DNA of 64,000 nt from Paracoccaceae bacterium (GTDB taxonomy: Bacteria > Pseudomonadota > Alphaproteobacteria > Rhodobacterales > Rhodobacteraceae). The notes below the pieces were generated by a model. The model was given only the letters and a program-made list of their open reading frames with translations, ran no database searches and was not told where the DNA came from. This document shows positions 20,780-30,859 of this stretch, piece by piece. Location of the stretch: assembly GCA_024639125.1 (NCBI GenBank), contig JAHEJA010000015.1, positions 33,033 to 97,032 of the forward strand. Reading direction: 5' to 3'. Positions within the stretch are counted from its first letter, which is position 1, and each line of letters starts with the position of its first letter. Both the position numbers and the translations under genes were made by a program.

Positions 20780-21646
20780 TTATGAGTCTAAGTTTTTGCC
20801 AACGGCGCGCATCAAGAAGATGGCAACAATATTAGCAAGAATGATCGCATACACACCCCCAGCAGACCCAAGCCCAATGTTTTGGCTTTCAAGAACGCGC
20901 TGGAAAATGAGATAGGTGAGTGTCTTGGTGCCGAATGCGCCGCCCGTTGTCACAAAGATTTCAGCAAACACGGACAACAAAAAGATGGTCTGAATCAAAA
21001 GCACAATGGTAATCGCGCGGGCCAAATGCGGCAATATCAGATGCCAAAACCGGCTGATCCAAGGGGCGCCATCCATTTCAGCGGCTTCAAGCTGTTCGCG
21101 GTCAAGCGATTGCACAGAGGTCAAAAGAATAAGCGTCGCAAATGGCAACCACTGCCATGATACAATCATCACGATTGACTGCATGCTGGCTTGCGTTAAC
21201 CATTCTACTGGCGCTGCCCCGAAAAATTTCCACAAATGCGCCAGGATCCCGTTGATTGGGTCCATAAACATGTTTTTCCAAACAAGCGCAGATACGGTTG
21301 GCATAACGAAAAATGGCGCGATAACAAGGATCCGAACGATGCCTTGACCCCACATGGGTTGATCAAGCAAAAGCGCCAAAACGATACCTAAAATGATCGT
21401 AATAACCAGAACCGAACCAATGATTGTTAGGGTGGCCATCACGCTCGGCCAAAATGCACTTGAACTTACGAACCGGACATAATTGTCAAACCCCACCCAG
21501 CCCAAATCACCACCACGTAAAGGAAGGTATTTCTTAAACGAGAAAATGAGCGTCGCAGTTAAGGGAACAAGCATCCATCCCAAGAGTAAAATTACCGCAG
21601 GTGCCAACATAAATCGGGCAACAGAACGTGAGTGCTGAGTAGCCAT
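20780..21646 (-). CDS. smoF: Sugar-alcohol ABC transporter permease (MalF-like)
   Basis: 288 aa, 6 TMS, EAA motif EAAEMDGAPWISRF. Confidence 0.85.
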   Translation of the reverse strand: MATQHSRSVARFMLAPAVILLLGWMLVPLTATLIFSFKKYLPLRGGDLGWVGFDNYVRFVSSSAFWPSVMATLTIIGSVLVITIILGIVLALLLDQPMWGQGIVRILVIAPFFVMPTVSALVWKNMFMDPINGILAHLWKFFGAAPVEWLTQASMQSIVMIVSWQWLPFATLILLTSVQSLDREQLEAAEMDGAPWISRFWHLILPHLARAITIVLLIQTIFLLSVFAEIFVTTGGAFGTKTLTYLIFQRVLESQNIGLGSAGGVYAIILANIVAIFLMRAVGKNLDS

Positions 21647-21704
21647 GGTTCAACATTTCTATATTTGGGTTAGAGTTTGCATCACCCTTAAGTGATGTCG
21701 CTTC

Positions 21705-21738
21705 CCTTAAAAAGTCAGGGCGACAGTGCGCCGCCCTG
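21705..21738 (-). terminator. Intercistronic hairpin between smoE and smoF (partial terminator/mRNA stabiliser candidate)
   Basis: CAGGGCGacagtgcgcCGCCCTG 7-bp stem followed on the minus strand by TTTTTA. A second palindrome, CATCAC-N7-GTGATG, lies at 21679-21698. Confidence 0.4.
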
Positions 21739-21771
21739 CTTGATCAGCATGAAAACATGCTCGGGAGTAGT

Positions 21772-23076
21772 TTAACGGTAGCCAGCAGCTTCCATTGCGT
21801 CGTTCGTGATTGCTTGCGCTTTTGCAAGTGCTTCATCGATAGACTGTTGACCCGCATAAGCAGCCGCGAATTCTTGGCTCACATCTGTTGCGATGCCTGC
21901 GAATTCTGGGATCGCTGCGAATTGGATACCAACATATGGGCTTGGCTCAACTGTTGAGTTGTTTGGATCAGCAGAAAGAATTGAATCCAATGTCATTTTC
22001 GCGAATGGAACGTCCATGTAGTTTGGATTTTCGTATAGCGATGTACGCGCACCCGGAGGAACGTTCGCCCAACCTTCGTTCGCGGCCACTAGCTCGATGT
22101 AGGATGTAGACGTCGCCCATTCGATAAACTGCTTCGCTGCTGCTTCTTTCTGAGTACCAGCAGGGATACCTAGTGCCCATGCCCATAGCCAGTTAGAGCG
22201 TTTGCCAAGACCGTTGTCTGGTGCAAGAGCAAACCCAACAGAGTCAGCTACTGTAGAATCTTTTGGATTTGTTACGAAAGATGCCGCAACAGTCGCGTCG
22301 ATCCACATGCCACATTTGCCTTGTTGGAACAAAGACAAGTTTTCGTTGAAGCCATTAGTTGCATAGCCCGCTGGACCAGATTCGTTCATCATACCTGAAT
22401 AGAACTCAAGAGTATCTTTCCAAGGCTTTGTGTCGAACTGTGCATTCCAGTCCATGTCGAACCAACGCGCACCGAAAGAGTTTGACATCGCTGTAATGAA
22501 CGCGCCGCCTTCACCCCAGCCTGCTTTACCACGCAAGCAGATACCGTTGATTTCGTTGTCACGATCTGTCATCGCAGCTGCGGCTTCACGGATAAACGTC
22601 CATGTCGGAGCTTCTGGCATTTCTAGACCCGCTTTTTCCATCAAGTCAGTGCGATACATGATCATTGAGCTTTCGCCATAGAACGGTGCCGCATATAATG
22701 TGCCGTCGTAGCTAAGACCACCTGACATCGCAGGCAAGATGTCTGCTGCGTTATAGTCTGCAGACAAATCATTCAATGGAACCAACCAGCCGTTTTTACC
22801 CCAGATAGGAGTTTCATACATGCCGATTGTCATGATGTCGAAAGCACCGCCTTTGGTGGTGATGTCGGTTGTTACACGCTGACGAAGCACGTTTTCTTCT
22901 AGTGTAACCCACTCAACTGTGTGACCTGTTTTTGCAGTAAAGTCATCAGTCAAGCCTTGCATACGGATCATGTCACCGTTGTTTACGGTTGCGATCGTAA
23001 GAGTGTCGGCAATTGCGCCACTTGCCGCCAAAAGCGAAAGTGCTGTTGCCGCGCGTAAAGTATTTTTTAGTAACAT
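21772..23076 (-). CDS. smoE: Sorbitol/mannitol ABC transporter periplasmic substrate-binding protein
   Basis: 434 aa, N-terminal signal peptide (MLLKNTLRAATALSLLAASGAIA), family 1 extracellular solute-binding protein. Confidence 0.85.
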   Translation of the reverse strand: MLLKNTLRAATALSLLAASGAIADTLTIATVNNGDMIRMQGLTDDFTAKTGHTVEWVTLEENVLRQRVTTDITTKGGAFDIMTIGMYETPIWGKNGWLVPLNDLSADYNAADILPAMSGGLSYDGTLYAAPFYGESSMIMYRTDLMEKAGLEMPEAPTWTFIREAAAAMTDRDNEINGICLRGKAGWGEGGAFITAMSNSFGARWFDMDWNAQFDTKPWKDTLEFYSGMMNESGPAGYATNGFNENLSLFQQGKCGMWIDATVAASFVTNPKDSTVADSVGFALAPDNGLGKRSNWLWAWALGIPAGTQKEAAAKQFIEWATSTSYIELVAANEGWANVPPGARTSLYENPNYMDVPFAKMTLDSILSADPNNSTVEPSPYVGIQFAAIPEFAGIATDVSQEFAAAYAGQQSIDEALAKAQAITNDAMEAAGYR

Positions 23077-23151
23077 CTGTTTCCTCCCAGATTTTCAGAT
23101 TACCTGAGCATCACGCTAGCCTAATAAATTAATCCCAGTCAACTAAAAATA

Positions 23152-23163
23152 TTACGCGCGTAA
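23152..23163. promoter_or_regulatory. Perfect 12-bp palindrome TTACGCGCGTAA upstream of smoE; candidate LacI-family operator
   Basis: Lies ~76-90 bp upstream of the smoE start and just downstream of the lacI-type gene stop. A related CGCGTAAAC half-site recurs upstream of the regulator gene (24266-24326). Confidence 0.45.
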
Positions 23164-23194
23164 ACTTTTTATAAATATCTCGACATTTCAATTA

Positions 23195-24226
23195 TTAAGC
23201 TGACTCTCTCATAACGAGTTTTCCGTCAAATAGACGCTCGCGGGGGCCGTTGTGTGACTCGCGATTCTCTAAAAGATCCAAAAGACGCTCTATACTAGAT
23301 GATGCAATCGAATCGTAATCATGCGAAACCGTCGTCAATGCCGGACAGGTAAAGCGTGAATATGGGTGGTTATCGTGCCCAGCCACCCTAAGCGCGCATC
23401 CGCTGCCCCGACCAACGCGCAATCCCATTTCATAGGCCGCTGACAAAAACCCAATCGCCAAACGGTCATTGCTAAATAACACGGTCCCACTAACCAATTT
23501 GCGTTGGGCAATTAATTTCAAACCCTGCTCATAACCAATTTCTTCAAAATTCCAACCGGTCCCTTCGACACTATACACCTTTGGCTCTAGGCGCAGTCGC
23601 TCCATTGATTGGATATAAGACAATCGACGCTTGTTTGCGTTTGGATTGGACGGATATTTCATTTCAAAGAACACAGGCGGCTCACCGGTGCGCACAAGAT
23701 AATCAACCATAATATCAGTGGCTTGGATATTATTATGCCCTAGAAAAGGCAGGTTCAGCGCCTCGACGTTGCAATCAAACAAAACCATGGGAAATTCCGC
23801 CGTATATTCCCTAAGCGCCACCACATTTGACGATCGCCCAAGCGGCGCAAACAAGATACCTGATGGCTTAATGTCCCGCAACAAAGCCAAATTTTCAATC
23901 TCTTGGTTCGGATCACCATGTGAACTTAGCAAAATGGGGCGATACCCTGCTCGGATCACCAAGTTCTCGATATTTCTGGCAATTTCGGCAAAAAAGGGAT
24001 CCGCCAAATAGGGCACAACAATACCAATATTCCGCGTTAATCGCCGGTTTTGGTTCATTGCATAGAAATTTGGGCGGTAATCGTATTGCTCTAAAGCGGC
24101 TTCGATTTTTGCCTTGGTCGAGACCCGCACGCTTGCAGGATCATTAAAATACTTCGACAAAGTCGGCCGGGAAATACCGCTGACCGATGCGAAGTCTTCC
24201 ATATTTTTTATCTTTTGATCCGTCAT
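23195..24226 (-). CDS. LacI-family transcriptional regulator (likely polyol operon repressor)
   Basis: N-terminal HTH (FASVSGISRPTLSKYFN) plus a periplasmic-binding-protein-like sugar-binding core. Confidence 0.85.
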   Translation of the reverse strand: MTDQKIKNMEDFASVSGISRPTLSKYFNDPASVRVSTKAKIEAALEQYDYRPNFYAMNQNRRLTRNIGIVVPYLADPFFAEIARNIENLVIRAGYRPILLSSHGDPNQEIENLALLRDIKPSGILFAPLGRSSNVVALREYTAEFPMVLFDCNVEALNLPFLGHNNIQATDIMVDYLVRTGEPPVFFEMKYPSNPNANKRRLSYIQSMERLRLEPKVYSVEGTGWNFEEIGYEQGLKLIAQRKLVSGTVLFSNDRLAIGFLSAAYEMGLRVGRGSGCALRVAGHDNHPYSRFTCPALTTVSHDYDSIASSSIERLLDLLENRESHNGPRERLFDGKLVMRESA

Positions 24227-24265
24227 AAAACTTTATGGACTATATTTTCACAACCAAGTCCACCT

Positions 24266-24326
24266 CGCGTAAACTTTCTTTCCTGAAGATAGGCACAAAA
24301 GTTATCGCGCGTAAACAATTTTTACG
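24266..24326. promoter_or_regulatory. Cluster of CGCGTAAAC / GTAAAC...TTTACG half-sites upstream of the LacI-family gene (autoregulation candidate)
   Basis: TCGCGTAAAC at 24265-24274, TTATCGCGCGTAAAC at 24302-24316, and the CGTAAACAATTTTTACG near-palindrome at 24310-24326. Confidence 0.35.
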
Positions 24327-24420
24327 ACTATTTGTAATTATCTACAGAATTCAATGAAACTGGCGCTTGTTAACCAAGCGCCAGACCAAGAATTACACAT
24401 CCACTTTGTCATAAATGACT

Positions 24421-25941
24421 TTATGAAGTCGGCTTTTTAGACTTTTCATCCAAATCAGCCGCTAGAACCGGATCATCCAGGATTTCAGCATCTTCTGTCG
24501 TGTCCTGCGGCGCATTCTCTGGTGTTGCCTCATCTTCTTCGACCATCACAACAGGGGCGCTGACCAACAGTGGCAGCATTTCCAAACCGGTTGATGTCGC
24601 CACTGACATTTGCGGAGGCTCTTTCCAAGCCATCGTATCCAGCGCATGACAGCTATCACAAACTGGCGCCCAATCCGCATGAACCGTATTACAATTTTCG
24701 CAAACCCATTGTGGTCCACGGGGCGCGCTGAGTGCTTTGGTCAACCAGCCGCGAACGACGTTATCGTCGCCACCTTCACCGCGTTCAATCGCGGCCATTA
24801 TCGTCAAAGACCGCGCATCTGGTTCATTTTCTGCCAAATCCCCAATCGCCTTGCGCGCACCTGGGAAATCTTCTGCAGCAAGATTCAATTCCGCCATTAC
24901 CAATTTTGATTCACGGTGATCTGGTGCCGATTTGACCAATTGCGCAAAACGCTTGATCCGTGCCGTGGGGGTTTCCTCGGGTTCTATCTGGGAAAAGGCC
25001 ACTGCTAAATCAGGATGCGGCTGCGACGCCCATGCCTTTTTGATAACGCGCGTGGCATATTTGGCTTTGCCGTCCTGAATATACGACTGAGCTGCCAAAA
25101 CAGCCGCAGGCACCAAATCAGGCGACAATCTATTCGCCTCAATCGCGGCTTCTTTGGCGTCGATCGTATTGTCTTCGCTCATGACTTCTTTGGCCTGCGA
25201 CAAAGCAAGCACCGCATCACGACGTTTATGAACATCCCGCGGCAAGGCACCTTGTTTCAGTTTCGCACCTAATGTCTTGCGTGCGCCCGCCCAATCATGA
25301 GCCTGCGCTTGAAGCTGAAGCAAAACATCCTGAGTTTCTTTGTGCTTAGGCTTAATATCGAATGCCTTTTGCGCCAATTTCAAGGCCGTATCCGTATCCC
25401 CATCCAAAAGCTTTTGTTTCATAATACCCCGAACACCAACAAATCGCGTTTGTGGATCTTGGATCAAGCTTTTGTAAATTTGCTCTGCTTTGTGACGATC
25501 CCCTGTCAATTCAGCAGCCTGAGCCGCCACAAGGTTTGTCAACGCAGGCTTGTTCAAGAATTTTTCCGCTTTGGTCACTTTTTGCATTGCGACATGACCT
25601 TCCCCAGATGCAAGCGCAAGCATCCCTTCGCTTAGGGCTTGGTAGCCACGACGTTCGCGATTGCGATAGAAATACCGCGACAAGGCTGTTTCATCGCCAT
25701 TGATGAATTTTAGAACAGCCACCAAAAGCGAAAGCACCTTTAAGAGAACCCAGACGATGACGATCAGGACCAACAGCATGATGACCGCTTGGATTGGGCT
25801 AAAGGTATATTCGGTTCCAGCCACGGTTGCGATGACGTTGCCGATCAAAACATTTTGACCATCCAAAAGATACGTACCGCCCATAGCCAATGCCGCGACG
25901 ATAACCACAAAGAGTAAAATCCTAACAAGAGAAAGTAGCAT
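24421..25941 (-). CDS. hemY: HemY-like membrane TPR protein (HemY_N domain) with C-terminal Cys4 zinc ribbon
   Basis: Two N-terminal TM helices, TPR-like repeats, C-terminal WVCENCNTVHADWAPVCDSCHALD, and an acidic tail. Confidence 0.8.
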   Translation of the reverse strand: MLLSLVRILLFVVIVAALAMGGTYLLDGQNVLIGNVIATVAGTEYTFSPIQAVIMLLVLIVIVWVLLKVLSLLVAVLKFINGDETALSRYFYRNRERRGYQALSEGMLALASGEGHVAMQKVTKAEKFLNKPALTNLVAAQAAELTGDRHKAEQIYKSLIQDPQTRFVGVRGIMKQKLLDGDTDTALKLAQKAFDIKPKHKETQDVLLQLQAQAHDWAGARKTLGAKLKQGALPRDVHKRRDAVLALSQAKEVMSEDNTIDAKEAAIEANRLSPDLVPAAVLAAQSYIQDGKAKYATRVIKKAWASQPHPDLAVAFSQIEPEETPTARIKRFAQLVKSAPDHRESKLVMAELNLAAEDFPGARKAIGDLAENEPDARSLTIMAAIERGEGGDDNVVRGWLTKALSAPRGPQWVCENCNTVHADWAPVCDSCHALDTMAWKEPPQMSVATSTGLEMLPLLVSAPVVMVEEDEATPENAPQDTTEDAEILDDPVLAADLDEKSKKPTS

Positions 25942-25952
25942 AATCGGTCCTA

Positions 25953-27230
25953 TTAATTCGTCGCTGACAATAAAGTTTCAATCGTGTTCAACGCATTTTG
26001 TCGCGCCGCTGCTGTGGCAATCCAAGACATCATTTTTTCTTTGGACGCATCAGGAAGCATTTCCAATTCTGCAAGGCTATCACTTAGTCTGCCATCTTTC
26101 AAAGCAGCCTCTGCACGCGATAACACCGCATCGGCATCACTGCCTTCTTTTGGGGTAACTGAACGCGCTTGAAGTTGCGATTTAAAGAAGCTTCCTAAAC
26201 GTGACCCTGTTGCGGTCTCGTCTTGCGATTGCGACGCACGCGCTGCGTTCAAGGCTGCCCGCGCGCTATCAACAAATTCATCAGACAAGGCGGACATAGA
26301 CACCAAACCATCTTGGGCAAATTGTGCAAGCGCATCCGGAGCCGGCGCACCAATCACGGCTTCGTACTCAGCCAAGGCAGCTGCGTAAGGACGCCCAGAC
26401 TGCAAGGCGGTATCGACACGGGTCAAGGCGGCACGCGTTAGTGTGTTTTGCGAAATTTGCGCAACTTCTGCTTCTTTGGCTTGCGCAGTTTGCACCATTG
26501 TTTCGACCTGTTCACGCTGTGCTTTTAGGCTTGCTTGAAGATCAACCAATTCTTTTTGATATCCATCGACTACGTCTTTGGAAATCGCCGCGTTCAAAGC
26601 CTCTTGAGTAAGGTCTGACAAGCGCGCATCCAAAGCGGCAAGGCCCTGATCCATTTGGGCGACCTTAGCACTTAGGTCGTCTAACGATTGGGCAATTACA
26701 GCTGCATCAGGCCCATTGGATATCTGCGAGGTCAGCGCGCCAACTTTGTCTGTATTCATATTTACATGCGACCCAAGGTTGGTAACATTTTGCTCTAAAC
26801 CATCAAGCTTGGCTGTGGTTTCTAAGCGGAATGCTTCTGCAATTTTACCCTGAGGCAAAAGCATAGAACCAGAGTCTAGATAAATAGCCGCGGCAAATCC
26901 CAAGGCAGCAGAAACCGCACCACCAACAATCATGGCACCTGTGCCACCCTTTTTCTGAACAATCACCGTTGGCGCTGCAGCGGGCACATCTTGTTGAATT
27001 TCAGGCTGCACATCTGTTTCTTCATATTCACTTGTTTCGTCGGAAATATCGCTCGTCATAGCGTCTTGCGCATCAGCAATAGGCTCTTGGATCACCTCGG
27101 CCTCGACAGCCTCAGAGTCCGCGCTTGGCGTATGCGTGCTGGATGTTTCGCGGGCATCAGCTTGGGCATCAGAGTGTGTTGAGGATTGGCTATCTGACTC
27201 CAAGTTTTGCTTATTTGTCTTTTTACCCAT
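25953..27230 (-). CDS. HemX-like / alphaproteobacterial Mic60 (mitofilin) homolog, COG4223
   Basis: Acidic low-complexity N-terminus, a single TM (GAMIVGGAVSAALGFAAAIYL), a long coiled-coil and a C-terminal mitofilin-like region. It sits between hemD and hemY, the position reported for alphaproteobacterial Mic60. Confidence 0.7.
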   Translation of the reverse strand: MGKKTNKQNLESDSQSSTHSDAQADARETSSTHTPSADSEAVEAEVIQEPIADAQDAMTSDISDETSEYEETDVQPEIQQDVPAAAPTVIVQKKGGTGAMIVGGAVSAALGFAAAIYLDSGSMLLPQGKIAEAFRLETTAKLDGLEQNVTNLGSHVNMNTDKVGALTSQISNGPDAAVIAQSLDDLSAKVAQMDQGLAALDARLSDLTQEALNAAISKDVVDGYQKELVDLQASLKAQREQVETMVQTAQAKEAEVAQISQNTLTRAALTRVDTALQSGRPYAAALAEYEAVIGAPAPDALAQFAQDGLVSMSALSDEFVDSARAALNAARASQSQDETATGSRLGSFFKSQLQARSVTPKEGSDADAVLSRAEAALKDGRLSDSLAELEMLPDASKEKMMSWIATAAARQNALNTIETLLSATN

Positions 27231-27301
27231 TGCTTCCCTCTAACATTCAATTCCCGTGCGATCCCAAGTTAATTCTGCTTTTACAGGATCACAAGTCGCA
27301 A

Positions 27302-28012
27302 TCACGTCGCAAGCGCACGGCGTATCGCATCAATCATAGCGGGAATTGTCGGTTCGCGCACTACTGAACACACATTACCCCCGTCTTGACCCCCGTCTTG
27401 GTTCAATCCACGCGCTACATTTTCGCTCATTGCAATAACGTGGTGGTTCTTTTGTAAGTGCACCTGCTTCCCAAGTATCTCAGCCGTACGTGGGGAAAAT
27501 AGGGGAAGAATGACGGGATTTCCCCCTGATAAAAGCGCACGCGCCTCTGAAGTAAGCGCAGATTCGCATTGATCGTACACGATGACCTCAGAACACTGGA
27601 AACCCAAGGCCGTTAATCTTTGCGCGACTTGTCCACGTGTATGAGCCCCCCGAATATGTAGCAAGTTCTTGCCGATCTGCGTGGTCGAAATCAATTTAAT
27701 CAACTGATCCGCCGCGCCATTTGCAGAAATTGCTTCGAATCCCATTGCTTTTGCATTAACCGCTGTGGTGTCGCCCACACAAAACGCAGGTTGACCTTGC
27801 CCATTTGGTACAAATGCAACGGCGTGCTGCGATGTAAAAATGACAGCATCATGGTTACATAAGGTGACAGGGTTGCCGGTTGGCGCAATTGATAAAAGTG
27901 GGCTAAAACACACCTCAGGTGTCATCCCTGCATTTGCCAATTCCGCAACAAAGCTTTCTGCCTCTGGGCGCGGGCGTGTCATCAAGAGCGTGGCATTGGG
28001 ATTGTGTCTCAT
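27302..28012 (-). CDS. hemD: Uroporphyrinogen-III synthase
   Basis: HemD fold signature (LLMTRPRPEAESF...VIFTSQHAV...). The start is most likely M47 of the track ORF, at 28012. The longer N-terminal extension is non-conserved and would collide with the tsaD promoter. Confidence 0.75.
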   Translation of the reverse strand: MRHNPNATLLMTRPRPEAESFVAELANAGMTPEVCFSPLLSIAPTGNPVTLCNHDAVIFTSQHAVAFVPNGQGQPAFCVGDTTAVNAKAMGFEAISANGAADQLIKLISTTQIGKNLLHIRGAHTRGQVAQRLTALGFQCSEVIVYDQCESALTSEARALLSGGNPVILPLFSPRTAEILGKQVHLQKNHHVIAMSENVARGLNQDGGQDGGNVCSVVREPTIPAMIDAIRRALAT

Positions 28013-28059
28013 AGGGTGCAATGCTACCTGCATACGGACAGACAAACAATGGATTACGC

Positions 28060-29160
28060 ATGCAAACCACGAGTTTGACGTTTCTTGGCTTAGAAAGCAG
28101 CTGTGACGATACCGCCGCTGCGGTGCTTCGGGTCTTCTCGGATGGCACACGACATATTTTGGCGTCCACAGTTATGGGGCAAAACACCTTGCACGCTGAT
28201 TTTGGTGGCGTTGTCCCTGAAATCGCCGCGCGCGCCCATGCAGAGCGCATTGATGTTTGCGTGCAAGACGCCCTACGAGACGCAGAGCTAGGGCTTGCCG
28301 ATATCGATGCCATTGGCGTCACATCTGGACCGGGGTTGATCGGTGGTGTTTTGGCCGGTGTAATGTGCGCCAAGGGCTTAGCAGCCGGAAGCGGCAAACC
28401 CCTGATTGGCGTAAACCACCTTGCTGGGCATGCGTTAACTCCGCGCCTTACTGACGGGTTAGAATTTCCGTACCTCATGCTTTTGGTGTCTGGCGGACAT
28501 TGCCAGTTTTTGATCGTCAAAGATGCAGAAACCTATTCACGGATTGGCGGCACGATTGACGATGCCCCTGGCGAGGCCTTTGACAAAACCGCACGGCTTT
28601 TGGGACTGCCACAGCCGGGGGGACCGTCGGTAGAACAGGCCGCATTAAAGGGTAACGACACACGCTTTAAATTTCCGCGTCCCTTGCTGGATCGAGATGG
28701 ATGTGACATGTCGTTTTCCGGTTTGAAAACTGCTTTGCTGCGGACACGCGATGTCCTGGTTGCTGAACACGGGGGATTGTTTGAAACCGATATCGCGGAT
28801 GTATCTGCCGGGTTTCAGACGGCAGTGGCGGATGTCTTGGCGGAAAAATCACGTCGCGCGATTGCAACCTATCTAGAGCTATCCCCCAAAGATCCGGTCA
28901 TTGCCGTCGCGGGTGGGGTTGCTGCAAATAAATTCATCCGTTCCCGTTTAGAACAAGTCGCACATGACACTGGGGTGCGATTTACCGCGCCGCCTTTGGC
29001 GTTGTGTACCGATAATGCCGCCATGATCGCAAATGCCGCTTTTGAATTGTATCAAAGGGGTGTTCGGCACGATATGACATTGTCCGCGCGTCCAAGGTGG
29101 CCACTTGATACGTCTCGACCCGCGATGCTTGGCAGTGGCAAAAAAGGAGCAAAGGCATGA
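28060..29160 (+). CDS. tsaD: tRNA N6-adenosine threonylcarbamoyltransferase
   Basis: [14 protein letters not shown] and VNHLAGHAL metal-binding motifs of the Kae1/TsaD family. The conserved start MQTTSLTF is at 28060. Confidence 0.9.
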   Translation: MQTTSLTFLGLESSCDDTAAAVLRVFSDGTRHILASTVMGQNTLHADFGGVVPEIAARAHAERIDVCVQDALRDAELGLADIDAIGVTSGPGLIGGVLAGVMCAKGLAAGSGKPLIGVNHLAGHALTPRLTDGLEFPYLMLLVSGGHCQFLIVKDAETYSRIGGTIDDAPGEAFDKTARLLGLPQPGGPSVEQAALKGNDTRFKFPRPLLDRDGCDMSFSGLKTALLRTRDVLVAEHGGLFETDIADVSAGFQTAVADVLAEKSRRAIATYLELSPKDPVIAVAGGVAANKFIRSRLEQVAHDTGVRFTAPPLALCTDNAAMIANAAFELYQRGVRHDMTLSARPRWPLDTSRPAMLGSGKKGAKA

Positions 29161-30116
29161 CGCTTTCGGTTTTAGGGTCCGGTGCGTTCGGCACCGCGCT
29201 GGCAATTGCAATCGCACAAAAGGGAATGCACGTGACGCTTTGGTCACGATCCAAAGACGCGGCACGTGACATGCACAACACACGTGAAAATGCAGCGCGC
29301 CTTGCCGGGCATCGCTTCCCTGACACTTTGACCGTCACCGATGATATCGCACTTGCAACCCAGAACGATATTCTTTTGCTTGCGGTTCCGATGCAGCAAC
29401 TGCGCAGTTTAGTGCAGCAGTATAAGACAATATTCCAAGGCAAGACGCTTGTTGCCTGTTGCAAAGGGATCGAACTGAATTCAGGCGCTGGTCCCTGTGA
29501 TATCCTTGGGGAATATGCTGAAAAGATCGCCCTATTGACGGGTCCAAGCTTTGCACATGATATTGCCAAGGGATTGCCAACCGCTTTGGTTTTGGCCTGT
29601 GAAGACGATACGCTAGATAGACACCTTCAAGAGACGATCAGCACCCCAACCTTGCGGCTTTATACCAGCCCTGACTTGGTTGGTGCCGAACTGGGCGGCG
29701 CGCTCAAGAATGTTATAGCCATCGCCTGTGGCGCGACGATTGGTGCAGGATTAGGAGACAGCGCGCGTGCCGCATTGATGACCCGTGGATTTGCGGAAAT
29801 GCAGCGTATGTCGATTGCACTAGGCGGATCAGCGGCAACGCTTGCTGGATTGTCTGGTTTTGGGGACCTAAGTCTAACCTGTATGTCCGAAGGATCGCGG
29901 AATTATCGGTTCGGGTTTGCCTTGGGTCAAGGACAGGATTTTGACCCCTCAATCACCGTCGAAGGCGTTGCAACTGCCAAAGCAACATTGACCAAAGCGA
30001 AATCATTAGGCATTGAAATGCCTATCACAGCTTGTGTGGACGGATTAGCCTCTGGGAAACTGGACGTTGATACCGCCATGAAGCTGTTGTTGTCACGTCC
30101 ACAAAAGGAAGAATAA
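29157..30116 (+). CDS. gpsA: NAD(P)H-dependent glycerol-3-phosphate dehydrogenase
   Basis: [17 protein letters not shown]-terminal Rossmann motif and the GpsA catalytic region ([10 protein letters not shown]...). ATGA overlap with tsaD. Confidence 0.9.
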   Translation: MTLSVLGSGAFGTALAIAIAQKGMHVTLWSRSKDAARDMHNTRENAARLAGHRFPDTLTVTDDIALATQNDILLLAVPMQQLRSLVQQYKTIFQGKTLVACCKGIELNSGAGPCDILGEYAEKIALLTGPSFAHDIAKGLPTALVLACEDDTLDRHLQETISTPTLRLYTSPDLVGAELGGALKNVIAIACGATIGAGLGDSARAALMTRGFAEMQRMSIALGGSAATLAGLSGFGDLSLTCMSEGSRNYRFGFALGQGQDFDPSITVEGVATAKATLTKAKSLGIEMPITACVDGLASGKLDVDTAMKLLLSRPQKEE

Positions 30117-30386
30117 ATGCTCATTGCGTTGATTGCCAAAGATAAAGAAGGCCACCTAGAAACCCGCAAATCCAATCGTGATGCGCACCTTAGCTATATC
30201 AAGGAAACAGGCGTGGTATCCCAAGCCGGTCCATTGTTAGATGATGCAGGTGCAATGTGCGGATCATTGGTGATCTTGGACGTTCAAGACATGGACGCCG
30301 CCCAATCTTGGGCTGCAAATGACCCCTACGCCAAAGCGGGTTTATTCGCTGATGTGCAATTGATTGCATGGAATAAGGTCATCTAA
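30117..30386 (+). CDS. YciI-like protein
   Basis: 89 aa YciI family (dimeric alpha+beta barrel) immediately after gpsA. Confidence 0.8.
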   Translation: MLIALIAKDKEGHLETRKSNRDAHLSYIKETGVVSQAGPLLDDAGAMCGSLVILDVQDMDAAQSWAANDPYAKAGLFADVQLIAWNKVI

Positions 30387-30389
30387 TCC

Positions 30390-30809
30390 ATGCGCTACTG
30401 GCTGTTCAAATCCGAACCTGACACCTGGGGCTGGAACCACCAATTGGCCAAAGGCGAAATTGGCGAAGAATGGAACGGTGTACGCAATTACCAAGCGCGC
30501 AATTTCATGCGCGAAATGGCGCTTGGCGATCGTGGCTTTTTCTATCATTCACAAAAAGAAAAAGCCGTGGTTGGCGTTGTCGAAGTGATTGCAACCTCGC
30601 ATGCCGATAGCACCACTGATGATCCTCGTTGGGATTGTGTCGATATCAAAGCAGTTCAATCCGTCGTTTCGCCAGTCAGCCTTGGTCAGATAAAATCTCA
30701 TCCGGACCTTGGGGAAATGGTGCTTGTCAAAAGTTCACGGCTTTCTGTGCAGCCTGTAAGCGATCAGGAATGGCGCATTATTTGTGACCTAGCGGGTATA
30801 AACCCCTAG
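30390..30809 (+). CDS. EVE (PUA-like) domain protein
   Basis: MRYWLFKSEPDTWGW...VVGVVEV matches the EVE domain. Confidence 0.8.
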   Translation: MRYWLFKSEPDTWGWNHQLAKGEIGEEWNGVRNYQARNFMREMALGDRGFFYHSQKEKAVVGVVEVIATSHADSTTDDPRWDCVDIKAVQSVVSPVSLGQIKSHPDLGEMVLVKSSRLSVQPVSDQEWRIICDLAGINP

Positions 30810-30859
30810 CTTTTTCGAATGAGCTGGTGAAAGCTGGCATAGGAAAAGGGGGGGATGTA

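Noticed and set aside
27302-28150. Full-length 282-aa track ORF for hemD.
   Set aside because: The first 46 residues ([22 protein letters not shown]...) are non-conserved and would run into the divergent tsaD promoter. The feature was trimmed to the internal Met at 28012.
28982-29569. 195-aa minus-strand ORF.
   Set aside because: Antisense to the tsaD 3' end and gpsA 5' end, both of which have strong family signatures. Treated as spurious.
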